From the sequence record OM386656.1: a stretch of DNA of 64,000 bases, one strand, 5' to 3'. Position numbers and translations under genes: made by a program. Below are positions 45,196 through 53,720 of the stretch, one piece after another; the first letter of the stretch is position 1; each line of letters begins with the position of its first letter. The stretch is from Escherichia phage vB_EcoM_ESCO25. The notes below the pieces were generated by a model that was not told where the DNA came from, did not search any database, and worked only from the letters and a program-made list of their open reading frames with translations.

Positions 45196-45420
45196 GTGAA
45201 ACAAATGATCACGAACAAAACAGGCAAAACGGAATTTTTACGCGGCTTACAAGTTGGTAAGCCTGAGATCTGGCATTGCACGAAGTCCGCGCATAATGAA
45301 ATGAAAGATTTCACCGCTACTTTACAACGTGTTAAAATATCTATCACACAGAAAAAAGCCTTGTTGGTAGTAGAAAACGAGATCCCGCAAACTATTATTA
45401 TTGTCGAGCGTACAGCATGA
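45196..45420 (+). CDS. hypothetical small protein
   Basis: 74 aa ORF (GTG start; ATG at 45205 is an alternative). Confidence 0.45.
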   Translation: MKQMITNKTGKTEFLRGLQVGKPEIWHCTKSAHNEMKDFTATLQRVKISITQKKALLVVENEIPQTIIIVERTA

Positions 45421-45803
45421 AAACAGAAATCATTAACGAAATCATCAACGGCTATAAAGAAGCCTTTATTTTTGCTGAATCAGCAAGGGATCATGAAGGT
45501 AATTTTATTGATAACTTAGACGATTATGATTTTTCTCCTAGCGCGGACGAACGGATCGCCCAGGATGTAACAGCCTTTATTAATGCTAATCTTGCCGCTA
45601 TCTCTGAGGCAATGAGCGACGGCGCAACAGCCAACCAGATCGGGAATGATTTACATTTTACCCGTAACAGTCACGGCGTAGGCTTTTGGGATCGCCCTGA
45701 AATATACACCACTAACACGGCGAACCGCCTAACCAATGCAGCTAAGTTTATGCCGAACGTGTCGGCTTACATTGGTGAAGATAATTTGATTTATATTGAA
45801 TAA
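45417..45803 (+). CDS. hypothetical protein
   Basis: 128 aa ORF; ATGA overlap. Confidence 0.5.
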   Translation: MKTEIINEIINGYKEAFIFAESARDHEGNFIDNLDDYDFSPSADERIAQDVTAFINANLAAISEAMSDGATANQIGNDLHFTRNSHGVGFWDRPEIYTTNTANRLTNAAKFMPNVSAYIGEDNLIYIE

Positions 45804-45884
45804 AAAGTATTGACACAGATCGCCAGTGTGCTAATATTTACCACGTAGGGCGGCAATGGTGCCGCCGATAATGAGGAAAGTAAA

Positions 45885-46184
45885 ATGGAAACTATCGCTA
45901 TTGTTACCGTAGAAAAACTGGTTGTTGGTGATGTATTCGCGTTAATGGTGCCTAACAGCAGCAAACTGGGTGCTTATGAAGTAATGGATCATAAAAATGA
46001 ATCATTTGGCGACGGTTGCACAATGGCGGTAAAATCTTTAAAGGATGGAATCATCCGCCAGGCTAACTGGCACAAAGGGAATCAAGTCGGTTTAATATCA
46101 GCTAATTTCTTGCCAGAAGAGCAAACGTTAGACCAACTATCAGGCGGTAAGACGTTAGCCGAACTACTGGAAACAGCGATCTAA
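45885..46184 (+). CDS. hypothetical protein (cassette gene)
   Basis: 99 aa ORF. Confidence 0.5.
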   Translation: METIAIVTVEKLVVGDVFALMVPNSSKLGAYEVMDHKNESFGDGCTMAVKSLKDGIIRQANWHKGNQVGLISANFLPEEQTLDQLSGGKTLAELLETAI

Positions 46185-46228
46185 TCAACAAAGGGGCGGC
46201 AACGCCCCACATCAGAAAGGAAAAGATT

Positions 46229-46465
46229 ATGAGTATTGCAACAGTATTAAACGCCGTTAAAACCGCTGAATCATCCGGCTTGCATGTTGAGCTTATAGAT
46301 CAACCAGGTGGCGATCTCCTTGTCCAGGTTTACCCGCCGAAAGTAGGGGATGATTATTATTGGGCTTATTCTGATACGTTCGAACAAGTAGACACGAAAG
46401 CGATCACGGCTTTTATTTTAAAAGCTATTGAAGAAAATAACTTTCATCATAACATCAATCAATAA
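46229..46465 (+). CDS. hypothetical protein
   Basis: 78 aa ORF after hairpin GGGGCGGCAACGCCCC. Confidence 0.5.
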   Translation: MSIATVLNAVKTAESSGLHVELIDQPGGDLLVQVYPPKVGDDYYWAYSDTFEQVDTKAITAFILKAIEENNFHHNINQ

Positions 46466-46519
46466 ACCATAAGCGGGGCGGTAACGCCCCATTAAACGCA
46501 ATAGGAAGAGGATAGGCGC

Positions 46520-46804
46520 ATGAAAAAGATGATCGCAGTAGTTGCCCTGGTTGTTGGTATTAACGCGCCTGTAATGGCGAAAGAGTTGCCAGAATCCATC
46601 ACGTTAACCGATATTAACGCAGTGAACCGGATCGGCGTTAATTATCGCCTATACCTTGCCGCTAAAACTTTCCAGGACGGCACAACAGAGTACTACGGAT
46701 TCGAGGGTGTCCGGTGCGGTGAGCTTGCACGCGACCTTAAGGAAGATCCAGACCTTGAGGCCATACCGATGACCGTAAACGGTAAAGCCCAGGTAAACCG
46801 CTAA
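46520..46804 (+). CDS. secreted protein (signal peptide)
   Basis: MKKMIAVVALVVGINAPVMA signal peptide. Confidence 0.55.
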   Translation: MKKMIAVVALVVGINAPVMAKELPESITLTDINAVNRIGVNYRLYLAAKTFQDGTTEYYGFEGVRCGELARDLKEDPDLEAIPMTVNGKAQVNR

Positions 46805-46806
46805 CC

Positions 46807-46941
46807 ATGAGAAAGGTAATCATCACAATGGGGATCGTAGTAGCAACGCTGGCGCTTATCCCCTTCATGGTTGAATATGTGCTGATTAATGTTGTCCTGG
46901 TAGTCAGTGACCTATTGGAAACGGTTGGCACCTGGTTTTAA
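46807..46941 (+). CDS. hydrophobic micro-ORF (44 aa), not on ORF track
   Basis: MRKVIITMGIVVATLALIPFMVEYVLINVVLVVSDLLETVGTWF. Confidence 0.4.
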   Translation: MRKVIITMGIVVATLALIPFMVEYVLINVVLVVSDLLETVGTWF

Positions 46942-46953
46942 GGAGTAATAAAA

Positions 46954-47145
46954 ATGAATGCAGAACAAGTTAGAAAGGTATTAGCAGCGTTGCGGTATCA
47001 CAACCATAGCAAGGTAAAAAATGATCCTGATTATGTGGATTCAAGCCTGGAAGAAGACACATTGCAAGCTATAAGCCATATGCAAGAATTGTTTAAGCGT
47101 ATGACAGAGAAGAACAGATCTGATTATATAGGTGACGAGATCTAA
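46954..47145 (+). CDS. hypothetical small protein
   Basis: 63 aa ORF; RBS aaggag. Confidence 0.5.
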   Translation: MNAEQVRKVLAALRYHNHSKVKNDPDYVDSSLEEDTLQAISHMQELFKRMTEKNRSDYIGDEI

Positions 47146-47154
47146 TCTTTACAA

Positions 47155-47186
47155 AAACAGGGCTTGCTTTTGTCCTGTTTTTTGTT
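47155..47186 (+). terminator. intrinsic terminator
   Basis: AACAGG-gcttgcttttgt-CCTGTT followed by TTTTTG. Confidence 0.5.
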
Positions 47187-47399
47187 ATGCTTATTGAACG
47201 GGCGGCACTTGGGAGCAGGGGAAGATAATCACCGGAAGACCCCGCTATATATTGATAGCTAATACCTATCAAACAACAAAACATCAAAGAGATAAACTAT
47301 CAAATCTTTACAATCCCACCTATTGACACCGGATCACGCTTACATTATTATTTATCACGTAGGGCGGGAATGTTTCCCACCTGATTTAGGAGTCATATC

Positions 47400-47633
47400 A
47401 TGATCGAACAAATTAAAAGCACTACACCAAATGTTAACGGTAATGTTTCTCACTTTATCAGGGATAATGAAAGAGGTACACCGTACGCCGCCGTAACCGT
47501 TCAACCTAACGGGGATTATTGGTTTACCGTGTACGGATCTTACTCTTTTGGACGTTCGGCACATGATAAGATCTTGCAAGTGGTTAAGCCTACTGGGAAG
47601 AATATCACAGCAGAAAAATTTTATAAAAAATAA
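47400..47633 (+). CDS. hypothetical protein (cassette gene)
   Basis: 77 aa ORF; RBS aggag. Confidence 0.5.
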   Translation: MIEQIKSTTPNVNGNVSHFIRDNERGTPYAAVTVQPNGDYWFTVYGSYSFGRSAHDKILQVVKPTGKNITAEKFYKK

Positions 47634-47711
47634 CTTGCTTTATAGCTCCTGTTAACTTATAGTTATTGCGTAGGGCGAGCAATACAGCAAGCCCACAAAG
47701 AGGAAAATAAA

Positions 47712-48080
47712 ATGAGCAAATCAGCAATTAAAGCACTTGAAAAAGCACAAGAAGTGATCGCAACGTCAACCACTGGCGCAAAGGTTAATCTCGTTGGTTA
47801 TCTGACAGATGAAACTATCCGTAAAAATTGGCGTAATGCTGATTTACTGGCTTGCTTATTGATTAATAGTGTCGCTAATGCTTTCCAGTGTGAAACAGCC
47901 GAGAGCCTGGAGGAAAACTTGTTTGATAATATGGATCAAGCCATTGAAACCTATATACAATCAAACCTGGATAGCTGGAACAGTAAAACATGGCCCGACA
48001 ATTTACGCGATACAACTGATCAACTGATCCGCCTTGCCCTGATGGTTGAACGCGATAACGTTCACAACCGCACAAAGTAA
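47712..48080 (+). CDS. hypothetical protein (cassette gene)
   Basis: 122 aa ORF. Confidence 0.5.
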   Translation: MSKSAIKALEKAQEVIATSTTGAKVNLVGYLTDETIRKNWRNADLLACLLINSVANAFQCETAESLEENLFDNMDQAIETYIQSNLDSWNSKTWPDNLRDTTDQLIRLALMVERDNVHNRTK

Positions 48081-48090
48081 GATTATACAA

Positions 48091-48112
48091 GGGGCGCACT
48101 AAGCGCCCTTTA
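48091..48112 (+). terminator. stem-loop/terminator, near-copy of the 42453 element
   Basis: GGGGCGCACTAAGCGCCC followed by TTTAACG (weak T-tract). Confidence 0.45.
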
Positions 48113-48220
48113 ACGTAAAGAAATGTAAATAATGCGCTATCCCCTATTGACAGGGGATCGGCGTTATATTATATTTAACTCACTGGCAGCAAACAACGAA
48201 ACGAAACAAAGGACAACATC

Positions 48221-48640
48221 ATGAACATTAAATCAAATAATCCAGCTTACTCCTTCGATAACGCTTTTTGTCACGGTAGCGCCGCCAAAGGCTTCGAAAT
48301 CGATGGTAAATTGGTTATCGTGAACGTTGACGGGGAAGAGGTTGCAGTGTATCCGGTAAACGATGTTAAAAGCCGTTTACAATGCCGCATGGATGTTACC
48401 GCATATCAGCTTGATCCGGTCCGTGTAGTTGCCCTGGTATTAGAGGAAGAGATCAAAGCAATGCATCACAGTAATAAGTTTATTGGTGACGCGCAGGATA
48501 ATATGAACGTTTGCCGCCATAAAGTTAACGAAGCATTGAAAGAATACGGTTTTAAGGATCTGATGATCAAACGTGATGAAAAATTCCGCTTTCGTAATGA
48601 CCTGGCAAACCGGATCTACTCAATCTATGAAGCTTTATAA
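48221..48640 (+). CDS. hypothetical protein (last cassette gene)
   Basis: 139 aa ORF. Confidence 0.5.
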   Translation: MNIKSNNPAYSFDNAFCHGSAAKGFEIDGKLVIVNVDGEEVAVYPVNDVKSRLQCRMDVTAYQLDPVRVVALVLEEEIKAMHHSNKFIGDAQDNMNVCRHKVNEALKEYGFKDLMIKRDEKFRFRNDLANRIYSIYEAL

Positions 48641-48655
48641 TCAACAACAAAACAA

Positions 48656-48682
48656 GGGGCGCACCAAGCGCCCTTTCTTTTT
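48656..48682 (+). terminator. intrinsic terminator (copy 2 of the repeated terminator)
   Basis: GGGGCGCACCAAGCGCCC followed by TTTCTTTTT. Confidence 0.65.
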
Positions 48683-48888
48683 GCCCGAACAATGTTGATA
48701 GCTTTCGCCTATGAAAAACCGACACAGAACAAAACTGAATAAATCGCGGTATCGAGCTAATCAACCAGCAAACGAATAACCATACCTCCCAGGGTTACAG
48801 GCTGTTAGAGAGCTATTTAGAGCGGTTAAAATCGATCAACAACCAACAACAAACCATCAAAAACACCCTTTTACCTCCTTTCTAGTGC

Positions 48889-48906
48889 AATGATAACCAT
48901 TATCAT
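48889..48906. promoter_or_regulatory. Fur-box-like palindrome
   Basis: AATGATAACCATTATCAT, close to the Fur consensus core AATGATAATCATTATC. Confidence 0.4.
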
Positions 48907-50102
48907 CTACCCATGATTATCTATGCAATATAAGCGCATAATTATAATGTTGATAATAGTTCGCAACAACTAACCAACAAACAACATAAAACAATAAGCA
49001 AACTAATCATAATCAAAGGAATAATAGCAAGATGATTGATAACGACAAACAATCAAACCATGATGAATACTAAGCAAAATAACGATAACACGACAAAACA
49101 ACCAACTAACGAACAATAACAAACGAAACCATTAAAATAATAACTATTAGCAAAATAGTGCCTGAATGAAATCATTACAAAACGAATCATTCACAGAGTC
49201 ATCATTAGCACGCTATGCCGGACACATAGCGAGCTAATAATAAGCCAACTACACCCCAACAATCATAACCATCGGTGATGGTTATTTCTTGTTACTGCGT
49301 AGCTTGCAATAATTGCAAGCGTAATGACGCTTACACTTATTGCGCTGGCTTATTATTAGCATTATATGTAATTACCAAGATCATAACATTAGCGCAATAA
49401 CAATAATCATTGTAATAATTATGTAAGGAAATAATTAACATGGCAATAATTATGGGGGCGAAATGTTACCGCCACAGGCGGGAATGTTGAGCAAGTTCTC
49501 TTAAACGTAAATAAAATCAGAAAATTCTTGATTTATTTTAGTTTTTATGTTAATAAACGTTTAAATAATAATCATTCTCATATAAATAATAGTCCGTCTG
49601 TCATGAGCGGCATTAGTTGACATTGTTCCGTCATATGATGAAGTTGCCAAGCCATTGATAAATAAGTGTTTGTGTGATTTATAATCAGGTGGCCCACCTT
49701 GTCGCTATGTTGGCATGAGCCTTGCATAAGTCATTGAATACGAATGATAATTATTCTCATTCGCATGATATTTGGGAATTGTCGCTGCGTGGACCTGACG
49801 GCCCGAAAATTCGCGTTAAGCACTTCTTACGTATGCGCCATGATTTTTGCCATATCATATTGATTCTATTAGATATTCTTGCCATGATTGCCATGAAACA
49901 GGGTGTCCCGAAATAATCTCTCCCCGTAGATATTTTGGGTTACTTTTTATACAAGAGCGGGGTGTCAAAAATAATCGGTATATATGGGATAATTGATAGG
50001 AATCCCCTATGATAATTCGATTGTAATTCCCTAAGATTGATCGTATGATGTTGGTGATTGATGATTGCCATGAAAGATGGCTAACGATGAGAGGAGATTG
50101 TC

Positions 50103-50447
50103 ATGCAAGAGAGTAAAAATGTTCCGTTGAGTAGTTTACGTCTAATGAAGTTTTACAAAGCTTGGCTTGCTGGTGAGGTAGAAGGTCACACAACGAGTGG
50201 TTTGTGCATATGTTTGATTAAGTATGTAGAGGGAACATACCCTGATGAACTGTTACCTCGTCTACAACAAGAGATGAAATCACAGTTTATTGGTGCAGGA
50301 TTGGATTACAATTTCCCGTTTAATGAAGGTGGTTATGAGGAATACACCTTTGAACATAAAAAACATATTTGCCATAAAAACAAACATCGTATACAATGGG
50401 TGCTAGATAGAATTCAAGATTATGAAGGAGAGAAAGATGACAAATAG
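50103..50447 (+). CDS. paralog family A member 1 (GLC...WV-D-R small protein)
   Basis: 114 aa; FYKAWL...TSGLCICL...GLDYNFPF...RIQWVLDR; RBS gagaggag. Confidence 0.55.
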   Translation: MQESKNVPLSSLRLMKFYKAWLAGEVEGHTTSGLCICLIKYVEGTYPDELLPRLQQEMKSQFIGAGLDYNFPFNEGGYEEYTFEHKKHICHKNKHRIQWVLDRIQDYEGEKDDK

Positions 50448-50805
50448 TATTCCGTTGAGCAGTGCAACATTGCTTCGCTTCTATAAAGCATGGATTGCCA
50501 ACTATCCTGCAATGAATCGCACAACGAGTGGCTTATGTGGTTGTCTGGTAGATTATGTAGATGATTTTGTTGGTGATACACCTAGAGAAGAAGATAGAAA
50601 ATGGCGTGATCATTTGTTGGACCGTTTGAAATATGAAATGAGGAAACAATTTACATGTGCAGGGCTGGACTACAATCTTCCGTTCAATGTGGATTGCATG
50701 GATTACCTTTCAGAGTGTATAAACTTGGCGTGTCATACCAACACGTTACGTCTTCAGTGGGTGAAAGATCGGATTGAAGATGCAAATAATGCTTGCATTG
50801 AATAA
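50437..50805 (+). CDS. paralog family A member 2
   Basis: Start trimmed to MTNSIPLSS; FYKAWI...TSGLCGCL...GLDYNLPF...RLQWVKDR. Confidence 0.55.
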   Translation: MTNSIPLSSATLLRFYKAWIANYPAMNRTTSGLCGCLVDYVDDFVGDTPREEDRKWRDHLLDRLKYEMRKQFTCAGLDYNLPFNVDCMDYLSECINLACHTNTLRLQWVKDRIEDANNACIE

Positions 50806-50854
50806 AGATGTTTGTATAATGGATGACATAACAGATAGCCAATGAGGAGGTGAA

Positions 50855-51064
50855 ATGAAGAATTTGAAAACTGTCGCAATGTTCTTGACTGATCCTACAC
50901 GTGTGCAAGCACTGGCTAAAGCCAGCCGTGTAGCTGTAGAATTCCAAAACTTTAAGCCGTCCGTTGTGACAGGCAGTGAAACGTGTGTTATCGATTTCAT
51001 TAACGAATACTTCCGAGGGAATCCGGTTGGTCGTTACTTTATTAAGGGTCTGAAGGATGCATAA
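50855..51064 (+). CDS. hypothetical protein
   Basis: 69 aa ORF; RBS gaggagg. Confidence 0.5.
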   Translation: MKNLKTVAMFLTDPTRVQALAKASRVAVEFQNFKPSVVTGSETCVIDFINEYFRGNPVGRYFIKGLKDA

Positions 51065-51065
51065 C

Positions 51066-51287
51066 ATGAAACGCATGAAAATTCGTATTGAGAATGATGG
51101 TGGTTATAAAGGATTGGCACATGCAAAATTTCCACTTGTGTTGGAAGCTACTGTGGAATACAGTGGGCTTGCTCATGTGCGATTCTCGAAGATGATGGAA
51201 GTGCAGGAATGGTTTTGGGACGAGATAGATGCACGAGAAGGGGAAGATTATGTTTTCTTTCCTCACGAATATGAAATTGTCTATTAA
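51066..51287 (+). CDS. hypothetical protein, paralog of 56151..56372
   Basis: WFWDEIDAREGEDYVFFPHEYEIV versus WEWFEEDVWEGCDYVFFSDEVKVL. Confidence 0.5.
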   Translation: MKRMKIRIENDGGYKGLAHAKFPLVLEATVEYSGLAHVRFSKMMEVQEWFWDEIDAREGEDYVFFPHEYEIVY

Positions 51288-51299
51288 GGGTTGTGTGCA

Positions 51300-51539
51300 A
51301 TGATCACACCACAACAGAATGAAGCAGCAATGGATCTTCTCGATAGTTTGTATTTCGATAATTGGTACTCTGAATGTGAATGGATGAATATGCAAACTCT
51401 GAAAGAGAAGACAGAAGCGTTGATTACAGCAGATCAATTTCTTGCAGAGACGGAAAGAATGAATTATGATATGGCATCTCGCGCACGACGCGTTTCCATT
51501 TTCAATAAAATGTTAGCATTATGGGGAGGTAGAAAATGA
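51300..51539 (+). CDS. hypothetical protein
   Basis: ORF 51291..51539 with probable ATG at 51300. Confidence 0.45.
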   Translation: MITPQQNEAAMDLLDSLYFDNWYSECEWMNMQTLKEKTEALITADQFLAETERMNYDMASRARRVSIFNKMLALWGGRK

Positions 51540-51997
51540 GACAATTCACTATACTGGCAGCTTATGTGCAATGTGTTCACGATTATGTTAGTGCTCATAC
51601 AGGTTTGCTGGAAGTTACCAGTAAAATTGAAGGTAATATGGGTACTGTCTGTGTGCAACATACTTTATCCAATGTGCCGTTTAAAGTGTTCACTGTTGTA
51701 GCTGCCGATTACAATCGTGTAGATGTGCGTTTCTTGGATCATAATTTTCGTAACGCACTAGATAATATTGAAGATTATCTTCCCGTGAAACCTTTGTCAT
51801 TTCCACCAAGTCGTGCAAATAATGTAGTGACAAATCTTAATGAAAGAAATGTGGCTATGCACAAAAAAGTCCGTCAATTGAAAATGCTGATGGAAATGCA
51901 AGAAGAGATTGAAAAAGAGCTAAAAGAAGATTTTGGTATGCTTCCAAAAGACGCTTTGAAATGGTATGATGAACTAGGAGGAGAGAGCAATGTTTAA
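51536..51997 (+). CDS. hypothetical protein
   Basis: 153 aa ORF; ATGA overlap. Confidence 0.5.
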   Translation: MRQFTILAAYVQCVHDYVSAHTGLLEVTSKIEGNMGTVCVQHTLSNVPFKVFTVVAADYNRVDVRFLDHNFRNALDNIEDYLPVKPLSFPPSRANNVVTNLNERNVAMHKKVRQLKMLMEMQEEIEKELKEDFGMLPKDALKWYDELGGESNV

Positions 51998-52448
51998 AGA
52001 AGGTCATGTCTACCGTTTCCAGGATGAGGATTATATGCGACTATATTCTACCTTTGATAACAGTATTGCGGCTATCATTGGAGAGAATTTTTTCGAGGTG
52101 TTGAGCACTGATGCAAATGGTAATATCTTGTCAATGGTTGTAATAGGTATGAGAGATGGTATTATCACTGCTGGTGATGGGGATCGTTACATAATCAATT
52201 CTGCTCATATAGATTATTTTGTTGACGGCGGTGTTCGTGGTGGTCGTGGAAAACCCCAAGAAGAACCTGTTGATACAACAAAAGAAGAGTGGTATGTTGT
52301 AATGACTGGTGACACCTGTATTTCTGGATCTCAAAATTATGAAGAAGCTTTGAAAGAAGCAGCGGAGCATAAAATGGCTAATCCTACAGAAGAGGTTGAA
52401 GTTTATAAACGTTTGGTTGTTGCTACCATCGGCGTATCTTTTGTTTAA
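51990..52448 (+). CDS. MFK-family paralog 1
   Basis: 152 aa; N-terminal MFKEGHVYRFQDEDY shared with the next two genes. Confidence 0.5.
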   Translation: MFKEGHVYRFQDEDYMRLYSTFDNSIAAIIGENFFEVLSTDANGNILSMVVIGMRDGIITAGDGDRYIINSAHIDYFVDGGVRGGRGKPQEEPVDTTKEEWYVVMTGDTCISGSQNYEEALKEAAEHKMANPTEEVEVYKRLVVATIGVSFV

Positions 52449-52460
52449 AAGGAGAATGTT

Positions 52461-53246
52461 ATGTTTAAAGTAGGTTTTGTTTACAACTTCAAATCGGAAG
52501 ATACCAAAAACAATTTTGGTAAAGCTAGTATTCGTAATGCCTTTTTTGTAGGTTGCATCCAAGATAGTAAATTTAAAGTTTTGGATGTTGATTTTCTTGG
52601 TTCTGTATCCAAGGTGAAGGTATTAGACACAAATAAAATCATCGAAGGTGGTTCTGGGCTTTTCCCTGAAGGTTATAAGCTTGTAAGTTGTATGGATTAT
52701 ACTCGTTTTGAAGAACATACCCCTGAAGATTATGAAGATTCTCCTACAGGAGGCTGTGTCTTTGTAGAAGGTGGTGTCTATAAGTTTGCAAGTGAACAAG
52801 ATCGTAAGCTTTTCGCCAATTATATTGACGGAGGACAAACGACAAACAATGTAAACCGAAAAATTTCCGATCTTATTGGTGATGATCCTTTCGTGATCAC
52901 AAAGATGGTTGGACAAGATGTAACAGCAATCCGTAGGCTTGTATGTAATACAAATCATGTAGCAGGTGAAGGTTGGTTCAAGGAAGCTTGTGCGCTGCTA
53001 ATCAAAAGCGATAACCCTTATTTTAAAAATATTAAAGATGTTGTTGAGCCTAAACAAGAGGAATCCGCAGCGAATTTTAAACACTATGCTATTGTTAAAG
53101 GTATGAATGTCCAACTGGTGTCACATTCTTACGAAGAGATCGCCACAGAAGCAAAAAAGATGAAAGAAGAATACCCAATTTCTACTGTTGAGATCTATGA
53201 GCGTATTGGTGTTGTTAGTATTGAGCCTACTGCGGTAATAAAATAA
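52461..53246 (+). CDS. MFK-family paralog 2 (internally duplicated)
   Basis: 261 aa; MFKVGFVYNFKSEDTKNNF and an internal second copy VFVEGGVYKFASEQDRKLF. Confidence 0.5.
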   Translation: MFKVGFVYNFKSEDTKNNFGKASIRNAFFVGCIQDSKFKVLDVDFLGSVSKVKVLDTNKIIEGGSGLFPEGYKLVSCMDYTRFEEHTPEDYEDSPTGGCVFVEGGVYKFASEQDRKLFANYIDGGQTTNNVNRKISDLIGDDPFVITKMVGQDVTAIRRLVCNTNHVAGEGWFKEACALLIKSDNPYFKNIKDVVEPKQEESAANFKHYAIVKGMNVQLVSHSYEEIATEAKKMKEEYPISTVEIYERIGVVSIEPTAVIK

Positions 53247-53255
53247 GGAGCTATT

Positions 53256-53693
53256 ATGTTCAAAGCTAATGCTGTTTACTGTTTCAAAAGCAAAGCTGCA
53301 TGTGAAGCTTTCTCTACAATCTCTGATGAAAATTTCAAAATGGCAGCTTTGATTGAAGGGTCTTGTTTCCGCGTCGAAGATGTTAGTGAATCAGGATCTG
53401 TTTGCTCGTTGACTTTATTGGACAGCGGAGATATTATTGAAGCTGGACAGTATCCGTTCAGAAGTTGGGAGATATTGTTAGCTCGCGGAGAGCGTAACTT
53501 TTTTATGTGCGTGTCTGCGGGGGAAGTTGTGAAAGAAACTAAGGATGTTTCTGTTTACAATTCTGAATTTATAAGTTATAGTGAGTATCAACATCTGGAA
53601 GGCATTGTTGGTCACTTGTTATCTCTGATTGACATTGAATGTGACTTGCCTGAATCATTGAAAGAAGAGTTGAAAGCATTAGATCTGCTGTAA
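53256..53693 (+). CDS. MFK-family paralog 3
   Basis: 145 aa; MFKANAVYCFKSKAACEAF. Confidence 0.5.
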   Translation: MFKANAVYCFKSKAACEAFSTISDENFKMAALIEGSCFRVEDVSESGSVCSLTLLDSGDIIEAGQYPFRSWEILLARGERNFFMCVSAGEVVKETKDVSVYNSEFISYSEYQHLEGIVGHLLSLIDIECDLPESLKEELKALDLL

Positions 53694-53720
53694 TGTTCCG
53701 CACAACGAAAGGAGAATAAA

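Larger units (their letters stand above)
38342..48175 (+). repeat. array of about 22 PeSL-like cassettes (promoter plus GC-rich 5' stem-loop) preceding small genes
   Basis: Recurring unit TTGACA-N16/17-TAAGAT/TAATAT/TATAGT, then (t)atcAC(a/g)TAGG, then a hairpin (GGCGGCAATGGTGCCGCC, GCGGGAATAGTTCCCGC, GGCGGCGGAATGGTCCACCGCC or GGGGCGACAAGCGCCCC), then RBS and ATG. -35 elements at about 38342, 38624, 38985, 39870, 40060, 40510, 40786, 41236, 41493, 41789, 42225, 42693, 42974, 43352, 43725, 44205, 44568, 45010, 45810, 47323, 47635, 48147. Confidence 0.7.

Noticed and set aside
38340-48680. Possible CRISPR array, because a GC-rich palindromic repeat recurs more than 20 times
   Set aside because: Repeats are 150-500 bp apart with variable spacing, each lies in a promoter/5' UTR context ahead of a protein-coding gene, and the repeat sequences vary; this is a cassette array, not a CRISPR array.
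49722-49916. Plus-strand ORF (64 aa) in the 48.7-50.1 kb non-coding region
   Set aside because: Begins inside a Fur-box-like palindrome, has no RBS, and lies in a repeat-rich regulatory region; probably not coding.
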